Below, in pieces: positions 53,560 through 63,736 of a DNA stretch of 64,000 bases; position 1 is the stretch's first letter; each line of letters opens with the position of its first letter. Made by a program: the position numbers and the translations under genes. The stretch lies in contig CAWJRR010000002.1 in assembly GCA_963845275.1 (NCBI GenBank), forward strand, positions 204,901 through 268,900, written 5' to 3'. Below the pieces are notes generated by a model. The model had not been told where the DNA came from. It worked only from the letters and a program-made list of their open reading frames with translations, and searched no databases. The DNA is from Candidatus Bathyarchaeota archaeon. GTDB lineage: Archaea; Thermoproteota; Bathyarchaeia; 40CM-2-53-6.

Positions 53560-55479
53560 TTAGCGTAATCGAAGCTTCTCAAGAATATCAGGCGCGATGG
53601 TCCTCAGTTTCAGGATCCTAGAAACCTCGTGTGCAAATGCGTCAGTTTTTCTTGATTCTCCGTGACCCATAATCACCCTTGAAGGCCGCGGAGAGACCCT
53701 TCGAAGGAACCCGAACAGCTGATTTCTATCCGAATGTCCGGAGAAGCCCTCAACGCTTTCAACCCGTAAATTCACCTTGTAGGCTTCAAGTTTTCCATCT
53801 CTTCCCATCAAAGAAACTTCGCGTATACCATTCTTGAGTCGATTGCCTAGTGTTCCTTCAACCTGATAGCTCACAAACACAAGCGAATTTCTCTCATCCG
53901 ATGCGAGATATCGGAAATAGTCGATTGCGGGACCTCCCTCCATCATACCGGAGGTCGCGAGAATGACGGCGGGTTCTCCTTGCGCAATCTTCTCGCGTTC
54001 AGACGGGTGATCAACGTTCGTAAAGTAGTCAGATTGAAATGGATTTACGTCCTTATACAAGATCTGCTCGCGCAGGTCTCGCGACAAGTATTCAGGATAC
54101 GCGGTATGAATCGCCGTAGCTTCCGAAATCATTCCCTCAATGAAAATTGGAAGTTCCTTTATGATTTTGTTCTTCATGTATGCGTTAAGAACAAGCATTA
54201 TTTCCTGAGCTCGCCCCACCGCCAAGGTGGGTATCAGGATCTTGCCCCCCTTCTCCGCTGTCTCGTTAACTATTCTCGCCAGTTTTCCCTCTACCGTCTC
54301 CCTATCTGACATGATATCGTCCCGCCCGCCGTACGTGCTCTCCATAATCAAAGTCTCGGCCCGGGGGAATGAGCATGTGGCTGGCTCAAGAAGCATGGTG
54401 CGTCCGAATTTGAAATCGCCCGTGTAGACGATGTTGTGTAGGCCTTCTCCAATGTGCAGGTGAACAATTGAACTTCCTACTATGTGACCCGCGTTATGCA
54501 GTGTAAGTTTGATATCTGGTGCGACGTCGGTGACCACACCGTACTTTACAGGGATTGTGTGCATCACCACTTCTCGCACGTCCTTCTGGTCATAGGGCGC
54601 GTAGCCTCCTTCTTTATTGAAAATATCAAGATAATCGAGTTGAAGAAGCGTCATCAGAACGGATGTTGGCTCAGAGCAGTACACTGGGCCATCATATCCA
54701 TACTTGTAAAGGAAGGGCACGAATCCACAATGGTCAAGGTGGGCATGCGATATTATCACCGCATCCAGTTTTTGAATTGAGAAATCATCTGCATCAACCC
54801 GCGGGAAAGCGTAGTACGGGCGATCTGCCCCAGCACTAATGCCGCAGTCGAGCAAGACACAACTTTCATCAGTTTCCACAATCATTGAAGATCTTCCGAC
54901 TTCATGAAAGCCACCAAGCGGCGTTAAGAAAACACTCGAAGTTCTCGATAATCTCGTACGGAAGATGCGCTCACCGACATCTCGAAAAATCCTGCTGCGC
55001 TCTTCACTTTCTGAATGAAGTATGTGTCTGGTGCTGGCGATAATCTTCGATGGAAGGGGTGGGGCTCTAAGAACTCGAGGGCGCCAGCTCGTAGTTTTAA
55101 TGATCTCTTGTAGGGTAGCACCATCCTTGCCGATTGCAAGGCCGGGCTTCTTCGCCTCAATTATAACTTCGCCAAGAGTTGGATCGAAATTTATTTCAGT
55201 GATCTCTGCTTCGGCAGGCACTATGCCCTTAATGAGCCGTTCAGATTCAGGTTCCTTCAATCTGATGGTCGGATCGGATCTAATTACGACCCTCTTGTGG
55301 AGAAGGTTTACAATCTCAGTGACAATGTAGCTTTGTTCAAGTAAGAGTCCGACATTCTTCACGTAAATTGCGAGCCTTGGTCCTTCGAATTCGATTCGAG
55401 TGATCTCTGCTTCTTTAGGCATATGGGTGACTATGGTTTCGCGGATTCTTGCCTGCGAATCGTCTACTAGTCTTGCCAC
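53560..55479 (-). CDS. fttA: aCPSF1/FttA: two KH domains + metallo-beta-lactamase + beta-CASP ribonuclease
   Basis: 639 aa. N-terminal KH repeats (GLAIGKDGATL), ISHAHLDHCG (HxHxDH), and beta-CASP and C-terminal motifs. Confidence 0.9.
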   Translation of the reverse strand: MARLVDDSQARIRETIVTHMPKEAEITRIEFEGPRLAIYVKNVGLLLEQSYIVTEIVNLLHKRVVIRSDPTIRLKEPESERLIKGIVPAEAEITEINFDPTLGEVIIEAKKPGLAIGKDGATLQEIIKTTSWRPRVLRAPPLPSKIIASTRHILHSESEERSRIFRDVGERIFRTRLSRTSSVFLTPLGGFHEVGRSSMIVETDESCVLLDCGISAGADRPYYAFPRVDADDFSIQKLDAVIISHAHLDHCGFVPFLYKYGYDGPVYCSEPTSVLMTLLQLDYLDIFNKEGGYAPYDQKDVREVVMHTIPVKYGVVTDVAPDIKLTLHNAGHIVGSSIVHLHIGEGLHNIVYTGDFKFGRTMLLEPATCSFPRAETLIMESTYGGRDDIMSDRETVEGKLARIVNETAEKGGKILIPTLAVGRAQEIMLVLNAYMKNKIIKELPIFIEGMISEATAIHTAYPEYLSRDLREQILYKDVNPFQSDYFTNVDHPSEREKIAQGEPAVILATSGMMEGGPAIDYFRYLASDERNSLVFVSYQVEGTLGNRLKNGIREVSLMGRDGKLEAYKVNLRVESVEGFSGHSDRNQLFGFLRRVSPRPSRVIMGHGESRKTDAFAHEVSRILKLRTIAPDILEKLRLR

Positions 55480-55534
55480 TACCGTTCTCCTCGTAAGTGT
55501 ATTAAGAAAATTCTCATGACCGAGGTTGTTTATT

Positions 55535-56176
55535 CTAAGCGTGGATTGCTTTCTTTTCCTCCTCGCTCAGTTCTCTATAACCATCTTTCGAGATGACAGC
55601 GATATCGAAGCTGTCTCCGCTCGCTGAATCTCTCTTCATTGCAGAAGTCACCGCCGTAACGACGAGTGGTATAGCTTCCGTTACTGACATACCCTCTTTG
55701 TATCCTGGTTCAAGTACACCATAGGCGACGGGCGATCCAGAACCAGTCGACACACACTTCTCTTCTGTCACGCTTCCAAGCGGATCAAGCGCGAAGATGT
55801 GAGGACCCTGATCGTCCATCCCTCCTATAATCGACTGCACAATGAATGGGTAGAATCTGGATTGGAACAGAATGTTCGCTGCAAGCCGAGCAACGGCTGC
55901 TATTGGGATCGGAAGGCCCTTCTCGAACTTGTAGAGCCTCGAATTCGCTCGGAGTACTTCTACGACTGACTGCGCGTCAGCAACTCCACCAGCGATAGTC
56001 ATAGCGACGTGGTCATCTATCGGGTAAACTTTCTTTGCATGCTTGTGTGCCACAAATGTTCCTAATGTTGCGCGAGTATCGGTTCCTAGAACGATACCGT
56101 CACGACAGACTAAACCCATCGTAGTCGTGCCAGTTAACACATACTTCGGTGTTTCATTCCTGTTCTGCTGATACAT
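55535..56176 (-). CDS. psmB: Proteasome beta subunit
   Basis: Propeptide, then TTTMGLVCRDGIVLGTDTRAT (catalytic Thr), and GSGS near the C-terminus. Confidence 0.92.
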   Translation of the reverse strand: MYQQNRNETPKYVLTGTTTMGLVCRDGIVLGTDTRATLGTFVAHKHAKKVYPIDDHVAMTIAGGVADAQSVVEVLRANSRLYKFEKGLPIPIAAVARLAANILFQSRFYPFIVQSIIGGMDDQGPHIFALDPLGSVTEEKCVSTGSGSPVAYGVLEPGYKEGMSVTEAIPLVVTAVTSAMKRDSASGDSFDIAVISKDGYRELSEEEKKAIHA

Positions 56177-56343
56177 GATTTCAGTTGCCTCCGAGAATAT
56201 GTCCGGAGCATAACGAACGAGCGCTCGAGAAGGTTCCAGCGCTGTAAGAATAGGACCATTTAGTGAACACTTAAAAACGTTTCTTGAAGGTTTCGCCTAC
56301 ACCTGGTCAATAAATAAGTCGTGGAGTTCGACAAGTAACACAA

Positions 56344-56784
56344 ATGGCCGCGGCTAGGATATCTATGGAAAATGCCTACAGTTACGAAAACAATCTAATG
56401 GATGAGGCATTTGCTGAACTGAAGTCGCGGCATGTCTTCTCTGATGAGCTTAAAGATAGGTTGCTCAAGGCATTTGGAGAACGTTTCACTAACGGGTTGG
56501 AGCTCGCAAGTTCACATAAAGTCAAAAGGTACGAGTTCAAACCGAGTAAACGAGTCGTTTGGGTGGTGGAAGGTCGTACCAATGAGTACCAAGTGATCCC
56601 TGACCTTCCTTTCTGCTATTGTGATGATTACTACTTTCGTGTTATGGACCGGAAGAGAGGATTGTGTTATCATATTATAGCGCAGCGTGTTGCTGAAGCA
56701 TTAGACCAGTTCCAAACAATCCATGGAAATGACTCGCAATACTCCCACATCACGGACCGTTGGAGAGCTAAAATATCACAATGA
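56344..56784 (+). CDS. SWIM zinc-finger protein
   Basis: FCYCDDYYFRVMDRKRGLCYH (CxC...CxH). Confidence 0.55.
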   Translation: MAAARISMENAYSYENNLMDEAFAELKSRHVFSDELKDRLLKAFGERFTNGLELASSHKVKRYEFKPSKRVVWVVEGRTNEYQVIPDLPFCYCDDYYFRVMDRKRGLCYHIIAQRVAEALDQFQTIHGNDSQYSHITDRWRAKISQ

Positions 56785-57000
56785 GATGAGTAGTGTTTAA
56801 ATTAGGTCGTTTTCTAGGGTGTAACGAGCGTTTAGCCGTTGACAACTGATGAGCTCTGGGCTCTCATTCAAATAGGGATCACATTTTTGGCGTTCGTAGC
56901 TGTGGTCCTAATCTTCGTTTATTTGGCATACGAGAAACCGTCGTCGTAGATCGCCTGCAGACACGCTCCATTCATTCGGTCTTCGGGTGGGAATTCTAAA

Positions 57001-59853
57001 TTGATCGAGAACACGTTCACTCGGTTACATAGGGCTATCCGGGAACACTTAGAAAAGATAGGCTTGGAGGAACCAAGCGGGATTCAACGTGTTGCGATTG
57101 AGCCAATCCTTGAAGGGAAAAACGTTCTTGTGATCGCCCCCACGGGCACAGGGAAAACCTTGGCATCGATTCTGCCAATCTTCAACTGTTTTCTAGATCG
57201 TCGTTCCGCTGGAGAGACCAGAGGAATCTCAATACTATACATAACCCCTCTTCGAGCATTGAATCGCGACATAGTAAGAAGACTCTCGGATATCGGTAGA
57301 GAGTTGGATATTCGAGTCCAGGTTAGACACGGTGATACTCCTCCTAGCGCTAGAGCAATGCAGGCGAAGTCACCACCCGATATGCTTGTGACAACCCCAG
57401 AAACCCTCCAGGCCATCATACCTGGACGACGGATGCGTGAACATCTGAAAGGTGTCAAATGGGTAGTGGTAGATGAAGTTCATGAACTCGCAACTGATGA
57501 GCGTGGAGTCCAGTTGTCTGTGGCACTTGAGAGACTAGAGCATCTAACAGGGACGAGTTTCCAGCGAATCGGTCTCTCTGCAACCGTCGGCGAAGAAGGT
57601 AAAGTTGCGCAGTTTTTGGTTGGAACCGACCGTCAAGTTATAATAGCGAAGTCGGAGGAACTTCGACGATTCGAGGTTCAAGTGCAGTATGTAACCCCAG
57701 GAAAACAGGATGCAGTCGATTCCGAAAGGCTTGGATTACCTCAATCAACAATAGCAAGGACAATGAGAATCGCCGAGATCGTATCACAGAAACAGTCCAC
57801 ATTGGTTTTTACGAATACTCGAGAACAGGCTGAAGCGATTGGTTCTCAGCTCCATGCTTTGACGCCCACTCTTCCTGTGCGTGTTCATCACGGTTCGCTT
57901 TCTAGAGAACTAAGAGAAGAAGTCGAAAAAGGATTCCAAGAAGGATCTGTCAAAGCAGTCATATGCACTTCCAGTCTCGAACTGGGAATGGATATTGGTA
58001 GGGTAGACTTCATCGTTCAAAACATGTCTCCAAGAACGTCTACTAGGCTCATCCAGAGAATAGGAAGAAGCGGCCACACCCTTCACGGGTCCGCCAGAGG
58101 CGTCATAATTGGGGCATTAGCTGATGATCTTTTAGAAGCCGCTGTGTTGACAGTTCAATCGCGAGAAGGACGAATCGAGAATACGCTAATACATGACAAT
58201 TCTCTCGATGTTCTGGCTCATCAAATTGCAGGCATAACTCTTGATCTTAAGAGAGTGAATTTATCCGAAATATACGAGCTTGTACGTCGAGCATACCCGT
58301 TCAGAGCCTTGTCTGCCGAACAGCTACACGAACTAGTAGCATTCTTGGACTCCATTAGGGCGATTAGGCTTGTCGAGGATATTGTGTCTGCAAGATATCC
58401 AAGAACCTTTCACTATTATTACGAAAATTTGTCAGTCATACCAGATGTGAAACGCTTCGACGTGTTTGATTTCTTCAGGAAGCGACGAATCGGAACTTTA
58501 GATCAGGGTTTTGTTGTTAGAAGGTGTAAGAGCGGAACAGTTTTCATAATGCATGGTCAAACTTGGAAGATCATATCCATAAATGAGGAAAAACTGTCAG
58601 TAGAAGTCGAACCAACGGCTCCTACACTCGATGCAATTCCTAGCTGGGAAGGCGAGATAATCCCAGTATCTTTCGAGACTGCACAGGAAGTTGGCAGATT
58701 ACGGTCCGAAATCGCATCAGGCTTGGATGATTCTGATATAGTAAGGAAAATCCAAGAGCGGTACTACCTTACTGACCAAGCACTGGCCAAAATCATTGAG
58801 ACGATAAGAAGTCACCTGAGCCATTTTCCGCTCCCTACCAATTCAAGAATCGTAATTGAAAAGTTCGAGAACTGCGTGGTCATACATTCCAGTTTCGGCA
58901 CAACAGTGAATGACACCCTCGCGATGGTAATTGCATCACTTCTAAGCAGTAAATTCGGCGTCAACATTTCAACGCAGACAGACCCTTATCGGATAGCGAT
59001 TATTTCATCATTCAAAATTGAACCTGAAATAGTCGCTAATGAACTTACGAAACTAACACCTGAGGACGTCGAGATTGTTTTGGTCGAATCGCTTCAGACA
59101 TCAGAACTTTTTGCATGGCGACATTGGCATGTCGCTCGAAAATTCGGTATCGTAGAGAGGAAGGCAGATTATCGATCATATCGAGCACGCACCATAGTTC
59201 GAGCACTGAAGGGAACTCCCGTGAACATTGAGACTAAGAGAGAAATGTTAGTTGAAAAATTCGATCTAGAGACCACCCAAGAAGTGGTACGTAATATCCA
59301 GAGAGGGAAGATCGTCGTAGATGTAGCTCAGAGTCGGTCAGATTCATGTTCACCTTTTGCTACACCGATAATTGACAAGATTATCCCTCATGATCTTCTC
59401 AGGCCAGCAATACCATCGAAATCCGTAACTGACATTGTCAAAGAGCGGTTACTGACCGATACGGTCCGGCTCGTGTGTATGTTCAACGGCGACTGGGATG
59501 CAATCCGTATCGTTGGTGATGTATCCGAAAGAATTCGCTGTCCAAAATGCGGGTCGACATTGATCGCTGCCACTTATCGATCCAATGATCTGCTTGCACC
59601 TATAGTGAAGAAGAAGAAAAGAGGGTTGAAGCTCTCGCATGATGAGGATCACATCTGGCGACAGGCTACACTAAGTGCAAGCCTGGTGCAGAACATGGGA
59701 AAACAAGCGGTCATCGTAATGAGTGGCCGCGGCGTTGGTCCCACGACCGCCACGAGAATATTGCGAAAACTCCACCACAAGGAGGCTGATCTCTACGTTG
59801 ACATACTCAAAGCTGAACGGGAATACGCGAGAACAAGGCTCTTCTGGGATTGA
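57001..59853 (+). CDS. lhr: Lhr-type large DEAD/DEAH-box helicase
   Basis: APTGTGKT, VVDEVHE, SAT, helicase C motifs (HHGSLS, RIGRSGH), a long winged-helix/Lhr C-terminal region, and a zinc ribbon CPKCGS. Confidence 0.85.
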   Translation: MIENTFTRLHRAIREHLEKIGLEEPSGIQRVAIEPILEGKNVLVIAPTGTGKTLASILPIFNCFLDRRSAGETRGISILYITPLRALNRDIVRRLSDIGRELDIRVQVRHGDTPPSARAMQAKSPPDMLVTTPETLQAIIPGRRMREHLKGVKWVVVDEVHELATDERGVQLSVALERLEHLTGTSFQRIGLSATVGEEGKVAQFLVGTDRQVIIAKSEELRRFEVQVQYVTPGKQDAVDSERLGLPQSTIARTMRIAEIVSQKQSTLVFTNTREQAEAIGSQLHALTPTLPVRVHHGSLSRELREEVEKGFQEGSVKAVICTSSLELGMDIGRVDFIVQNMSPRTSTRLIQRIGRSGHTLHGSARGVIIGALADDLLEAAVLTVQSREGRIENTLIHDNSLDVLAHQIAGITLDLKRVNLSEIYELVRRAYPFRALSAEQLHELVAFLDSIRAIRLVEDIVSARYPRTFHYYYENLSVIPDVKRFDVFDFFRKRRIGTLDQGFVVRRCKSGTVFIMHGQTWKIISINEEKLSVEVEPTAPTLDAIPSWEGEIIPVSFETAQEVGRLRSEIASGLDDSDIVRKIQERYYLTDQALAKIIETIRSHLSHFPLPTNSRIVIEKFENCVVIHSSFGTTVNDTLAMVIASLLSSKFGVNISTQTDPYRIAIISSFKIEPEIVANELTKLTPEDVEIVLVESLQTSELFAWRHWHVARKFGIVERKADYRSYRARTIVRALKGTPVNIETKREMLVEKFDLETTQEVVRNIQRGKIVVDVAQSRSDSCSPFATPIIDKIIPHDLLRPAIPSKSVTDIVKERLLTDTVRLVCMFNGDWDAIRIVGDVSERIRCPKCGSTLIAATYRSNDLLAPIVKKKKRGLKLSHDEDHIWRQATLSASLVQNMGKQAVIVMSGRGVGPTTATRILRKLHHKEADLYVDILKAEREYARTRLFWD

Positions 59854-59856
59854 GAT

Positions 59857-60171
59857 TCACATTTGGGTTTGAAGCTTTAGAGTAATCGTAAGATGGTCGG
59901 GATACCTCGGCCTCCCGAGTTCCTGGTACTCCTCTTCAGTCAGAGTCACTATGACCCTCGGCGTGCCCAATTGCTGACCGAAACCTGGAAGTTGACTCAG
60001 GGTTCTTTGAACTGCAATAGTAACCCCTGCCATCTCTTTGTCCATCTCAAGCGGAAAAGTTACCGGCCCCTTAAACGGATCGCCTAGTGTAATCTGAACC
60101 ATCGGCCGATTCTGCCCCGACTGAATTGGAGTAACGACCAAGACTGTACCTTCAATCGTAACGTCCGCCAT
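59857..60171 (-). CDS. Hypothetical protein
   Basis: 104-aa ORF, no motif. Confidence 0.35.
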   Translation of the reverse strand: MADVTIEGTVLVVTPIQSGQNRPMVQITLGDPFKGPVTFPLEMDKEMAGVTIAVQRTLSQLPGFGQQLGTPRVIVTLTEEEYQELGRPRYPDHLTITLKLQTQM

Positions 60172-60236
60172 CTTACAGCGCTCTCGTTGCGTTACGCATG
60201 AAGCGCTATTCTAAGCTTCCGGGAATAGTCGACTGA

Positions 60237-60614
60237 TCATGGAGCTCGCACCTTGTATACGATATCGTTCTCTCGAACACGGCCAGAGACTTTAAGTCCG
60301 ATTGATTGTCCAGCACCGGCTGTAGTAATCTGTTTATGTTCAATCTCCATTGACTCAATTGTCTGTTCAACATTCGTCGTGCTACCGCGAATTATGATCT
60401 TGTCTCCATTGATCAAGGTGGCACTCAGCTCTAAAACCGCAACTCCCGCCTTCGGGAAGAAATGGGTGATTCGACCGACTTTTTCATAATCAGGTTCCAA
60501 TTCGATCATCAGTACATTCGTCATAATGGTCTGAAGTAGTTTTCGCCCAATGCTCTCTCGCGAGGATAATCGAGTTTCTATCCTAACGTATTTATTGTCT
60601 TTTAAGGGCAACAT
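60237..60614 (-). CDS. EF-Tu domain-2-like beta-barrel protein
   Basis: GVAVLELSATLINGDKIIIRG...IEHKQITTAGAGQSIGLKV...ENDIVYK follows the translation-factor domain II pattern. Confidence 0.4.
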   Translation of the reverse strand: MLPLKDNKYVRIETRLSSRESIGRKLLQTIMTNVLMIELEPDYEKVGRITHFFPKAGVAVLELSATLINGDKIIIRGSTTNVEQTIESMEIEHKQITTAGAGQSIGLKVSGRVRENDIVYKVRAP

Positions 60615-60682
60615 CTAATTTCTACAATAATACTTACGTTCCTGCGTGTAGAATTTAACGAGGAGAGTGCTCTGTCAGGGTC

Positions 60683-62449
60683 TTGACGATCATAGACGAG
60701 ATTCTTTCCAAGAGACCGGATCTCTCTGCTGACCAAGTTCGCGCTCTTGTTGAGGAAAAGAAGAGAGAGCTTCCGAATTTTCTTTCGGACGAAGGAGCTG
60801 CCCGCCTTGTGGCTGAAGAATTGCTTATCAAGACAAACGGCACTCGGCTAGGACGAATGCAAATCAAAGACCTAGTTAACGGGTTGAATGATGTAGCCGT
60901 TTCCGGTCGGATTCTCGCAGCTTGGGCACCTCAAACCTTCCAACGCAGAGATGGGAGCCTTGGAAAGGTCATGCGCCTCATAATAGTAGATAGAAGTGGC
61001 AGAGCCCGCTGTGCACTGTGGGACAAGCACGTCGAGATAGTATCCAAAGGTAACCTGCAAGGAGGAATTATCAGAATAGGTCATGCGTACACTCGTCAAG
61101 GGCTTGCTGGAGACGTGGAGGTACATGCGGGTGATAGAAGCAGCGTCGAAGTTAATCCGCAGGAAATGCCCACAACTGATTTTCCTGAATTCAGAGAGAT
61201 GTTCCTCTCAATAAACGAAGTTCCAAATGAATCAAGTCAAGTAAACGTGGTAGGAGTAGTTCAAGTTGAACCGCGGCATCATTCCTTCACGAAGAATGAT
61301 CGAGTGGGCACTGTTCTTAACACGATCGTAGCCGATCAATCTGGTCGTATTCCGCTCGTCGCATGGAATGAAAGAGCCGAGGATTTGCGTGATCTCAAAA
61401 GAGGAGATATTCTGCAGATCGTAAATGCGCGGACAAGGTTGAACCAGAACGCAAAGCCGGAGTTGCATGTTGAAGCTAGGAGTCTAGTTTCCGTGCTTCA
61501 TCAGCCACCCGATAATTTCAAGATGCCCACAGAACAACTAGCCTCTAAGATCGCAGATCTGACAATACAGAGCTCTCTCGCAGACTTGATCGTGACAGTA
61601 ATCTCGAAAGGAGAGATTAGAGAAATCAAGAGACCTACAGGAGAGACTCTGAGAGTTTCGTCAATTCTTGTGGGAGATGATACAGGAATGATTACGTTAA
61701 CGTTATGGGACGATAAGACCGACTCGGTAAGGAATCTGATTGAGGGGGATTCACTACGTTTGCACGGAGCTTCTGTTCGTGAGAGACTCGGGGAACTCCA
61801 ATTGAATCTTGGCAGGTCAGGTGAGCTAGAAAAAGTCCATCTCATTCAGAAGTTGATTCCACCAACAAGAGTAGACGCACTTGCGATGGTTAAAGGTCTA
61901 GTCACGGTCGAGGGTACAGTAGTTGATCAACCAATGATTCGACAGGTAGCAACCGAGAAGGGTGAGACCATAAACGTCTCTTCCTTCACCCTCAAGGAAG
62001 AAACCGGATCAATTCGAATTACTCTATGGCGAGATCATGCCAACTTGGCGAACAAGCTTATGCCCAATCACAGATTGCGAGTGTCCGGGATGAGAATACG
62101 CCCAGGATTGAATGGCCAAATTGAATTAAGCTCGATTCCCCTCACCAAGATTAGCATATTGCCTGGCCCGGTTGAGAAACCTGCATGGGAAGACATACGC
62201 AAAATAATCAGCCTCGAAGCCGGGTTGGCAGCATGGATAAAAGGTCAAGTTGTCAAAGCTGAAGGCAATAAAATCGAGATTGACGATGGCACGGGCGTAG
62301 TCGATGTGCTATGGGACGGGGGCCCTTCTGATCAAATCACGAATGATCTGGATGTCGGCAGAGAGTTAGAAATATATGGTATTGTCGAGAAGATTGACGA
62401 AAACAAGCTCATACTCAAGGCAATGAAAATTCTTAGCTCGACTAAATGA
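60683..62449 (+). CDS. rpa: Replication protein A (multi-OB-fold ssDNA-binding protein)
   Basis: 588 aa with four OB-like modules of similar pattern (V.V.GRIL...R..G...V..L.I.D.SG.IR..LW). TTG start. Confidence 0.75.
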   Translation: MTIIDEILSKRPDLSADQVRALVEEKKRELPNFLSDEGAARLVAEELLIKTNGTRLGRMQIKDLVNGLNDVAVSGRILAAWAPQTFQRRDGSLGKVMRLIIVDRSGRARCALWDKHVEIVSKGNLQGGIIRIGHAYTRQGLAGDVEVHAGDRSSVEVNPQEMPTTDFPEFREMFLSINEVPNESSQVNVVGVVQVEPRHHSFTKNDRVGTVLNTIVADQSGRIPLVAWNERAEDLRDLKRGDILQIVNARTRLNQNAKPELHVEARSLVSVLHQPPDNFKMPTEQLASKIADLTIQSSLADLIVTVISKGEIREIKRPTGETLRVSSILVGDDTGMITLTLWDDKTDSVRNLIEGDSLRLHGASVRERLGELQLNLGRSGELEKVHLIQKLIPPTRVDALAMVKGLVTVEGTVVDQPMIRQVATEKGETINVSSFTLKEETGSIRITLWRDHANLANKLMPNHRLRVSGMRIRPGLNGQIELSSIPLTKISILPGPVEKPAWEDIRKIISLEAGLAAWIKGQVVKAEGNKIEIDDGTGVVDVLWDGGPSDQITNDLDVGRELEIYGIVEKIDENKLILKAMKILSSTK

Positions 62450-62678
62450 CACTTTTTTCTAGAGATGGAAACTGAATCAAAACTACACGCATAGAAGGGG
62501 GCCATCTCGCGTATTCAATCTCGAAGAGGCATACGTGAATTTTGTTAAATCTACTAATCGAAACTCTAATATTCGTTTCACGACGCAAATATGGCACTAG
62601 ATTTCAGGGAGCACATGTAGCCCACATGACGCTGCCAATTTTCGTTTTCTGAACGAATGATGTACGTAGGTAGATATT

Positions 62679-63125
62679 TTGTCACTACTAAGAAATGTGA
62701 TTGGTCCACATCCAAATTTGTGGGATTATGTTAATGCTATTAAGAATCCGACCGTGAAACAAACAATCAAGAAGAGAGTGCAGGAATATCAGCCGAAACC
62801 AGATGTAATCGACAACTTCTCGGCTGTAACCGACCGATACTTCCTCGTGGTGTTCGCAACAGAATGGAACGCAGAATGTAGAGCTCAATTGCCTAACTTA
62901 ATGAGAGTCTTTGCGGCCGCTAACAATGCTGCAATCAACATCAAGGTCATCGACTTTGATGAAAATCGTGACATAGCAGACGAAATGAGGGTTCTACGGA
63001 TTCCCACGATTATTGTCCACGATAGGGTGTGGAGGGAAATAGGCAGATTCATCGAGAAGCCGCAAATGGGTGGCACGCTCGAAGAAGAACTATGGGGAAT
63101 AATCAGCAAGAATCAACAGAAGTAG
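62679..63125 (+). CDS. Thioredoxin-fold protein lacking a canonical CxxC
   Basis: YFLVVFATEWNAECRAQLPNL...RIPTIIV has thioredoxin topology, with WNAEC in place of WCxxC. TTG start. Confidence 0.5.
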   Translation: MSLLRNVIGPHPNLWDYVNAIKNPTVKQTIKKRVQEYQPKPDVIDNFSAVTDRYFLVVFATEWNAECRAQLPNLMRVFAAANNAAINIKVIDFDENRDIADEMRVLRIPTIIVHDRVWREIGRFIEKPQMGGTLEEELWGIISKNQQK

Positions 63126-63154
63126 CCTTTCAGTTTTGTGAAAGAATTACTGAG

Positions 63155-63727
63155 TTAATACGTAGAGATTTTGACAACGCCCGGGATCTTCAGCAATCTT
63201 TGAAGGGTTGTTCCACTCGGTTGTTTCTCGACGACCAAAGTCAGCTTTGGATCGGGTGTCAGATCTGGGTCATCAGCAACCGCTTGTCTAATGGCAATAT
63301 TCTCTTGGGAGACCAGCGAAGCTGCTTGGGCTATAATTCCAACCGTGTGCGGATCCGCATAAATCTCAATCACACTATAGCCAAGAAACCTTGCAATATC
63401 TCCGAGGAAGGGACCAGCCGGGCGGGTTTTCTCAAACACCAACTTGAGAACTGGGTCAGAACAAATCAGTTCGGCTGTCTCGCGAACCGTCCTACGATCT
63501 ACTCCTAGATACCGTGCGATTTTCACATCCGATAATTCTATCCCGCCACAGCATATCGCAGTGTCTTCCTTGATGCTAAGGCCAAGTTCGACTAGCGCCC
63601 TGGCAACTTTCTGTCTGCCTGGATAGTCTCTGAGTTTATCGGAAATTTGCCGCCACATAATCTTATTCTGACGTACAAAAATGTGCAACAAAGTCTTAAA
63701 TGCTCCGTTAACGTTCGCAGCCGCCAC
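63155..63727 (-). CDS. ACT-domain regulator of amino-acid metabolism (COG2150-like) with HTH
   Basis: GRQKVARALVELGL..., IARYLGVDRRTVRETAELI, IAIRQAVADDPDL. It is divergent from a trpB2-like gene. Confidence 0.45.
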   Translation of the reverse strand: MAAANVNGAFKTLLHIFVRQNKIMWRQISDKLRDYPGRQKVARALVELGLSIKEDTAICCGGIELSDVKIARYLGVDRRTVRETAELICSDPVLKLVFEKTRPAGPFLGDIARFLGYSVIEIYADPHTVGIIAQAASLVSQENIAIRQAVADDPDLTPDPKLTLVVEKQPSGTTLQRLLKIPGVVKISTY

Positions 63728-63736
63728 TACGAGTGG

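Noticed and set aside
56839-56949. 36-aa TTG ORF with one hydrophobic helix between the SWIM gene and lhr
   Set aside because: It is too short and has no supporting signal. It is noted only as a possibility.
62450-62678. Possible C/D-box sRNA (CTGA ... ATGATGT) in the intergenic region before the thioredoxin-like gene
   Set aside because: The box order and spacing do not fit C-D'-C'-D, no terminal D box or stem was found, and the C box is imperfect.
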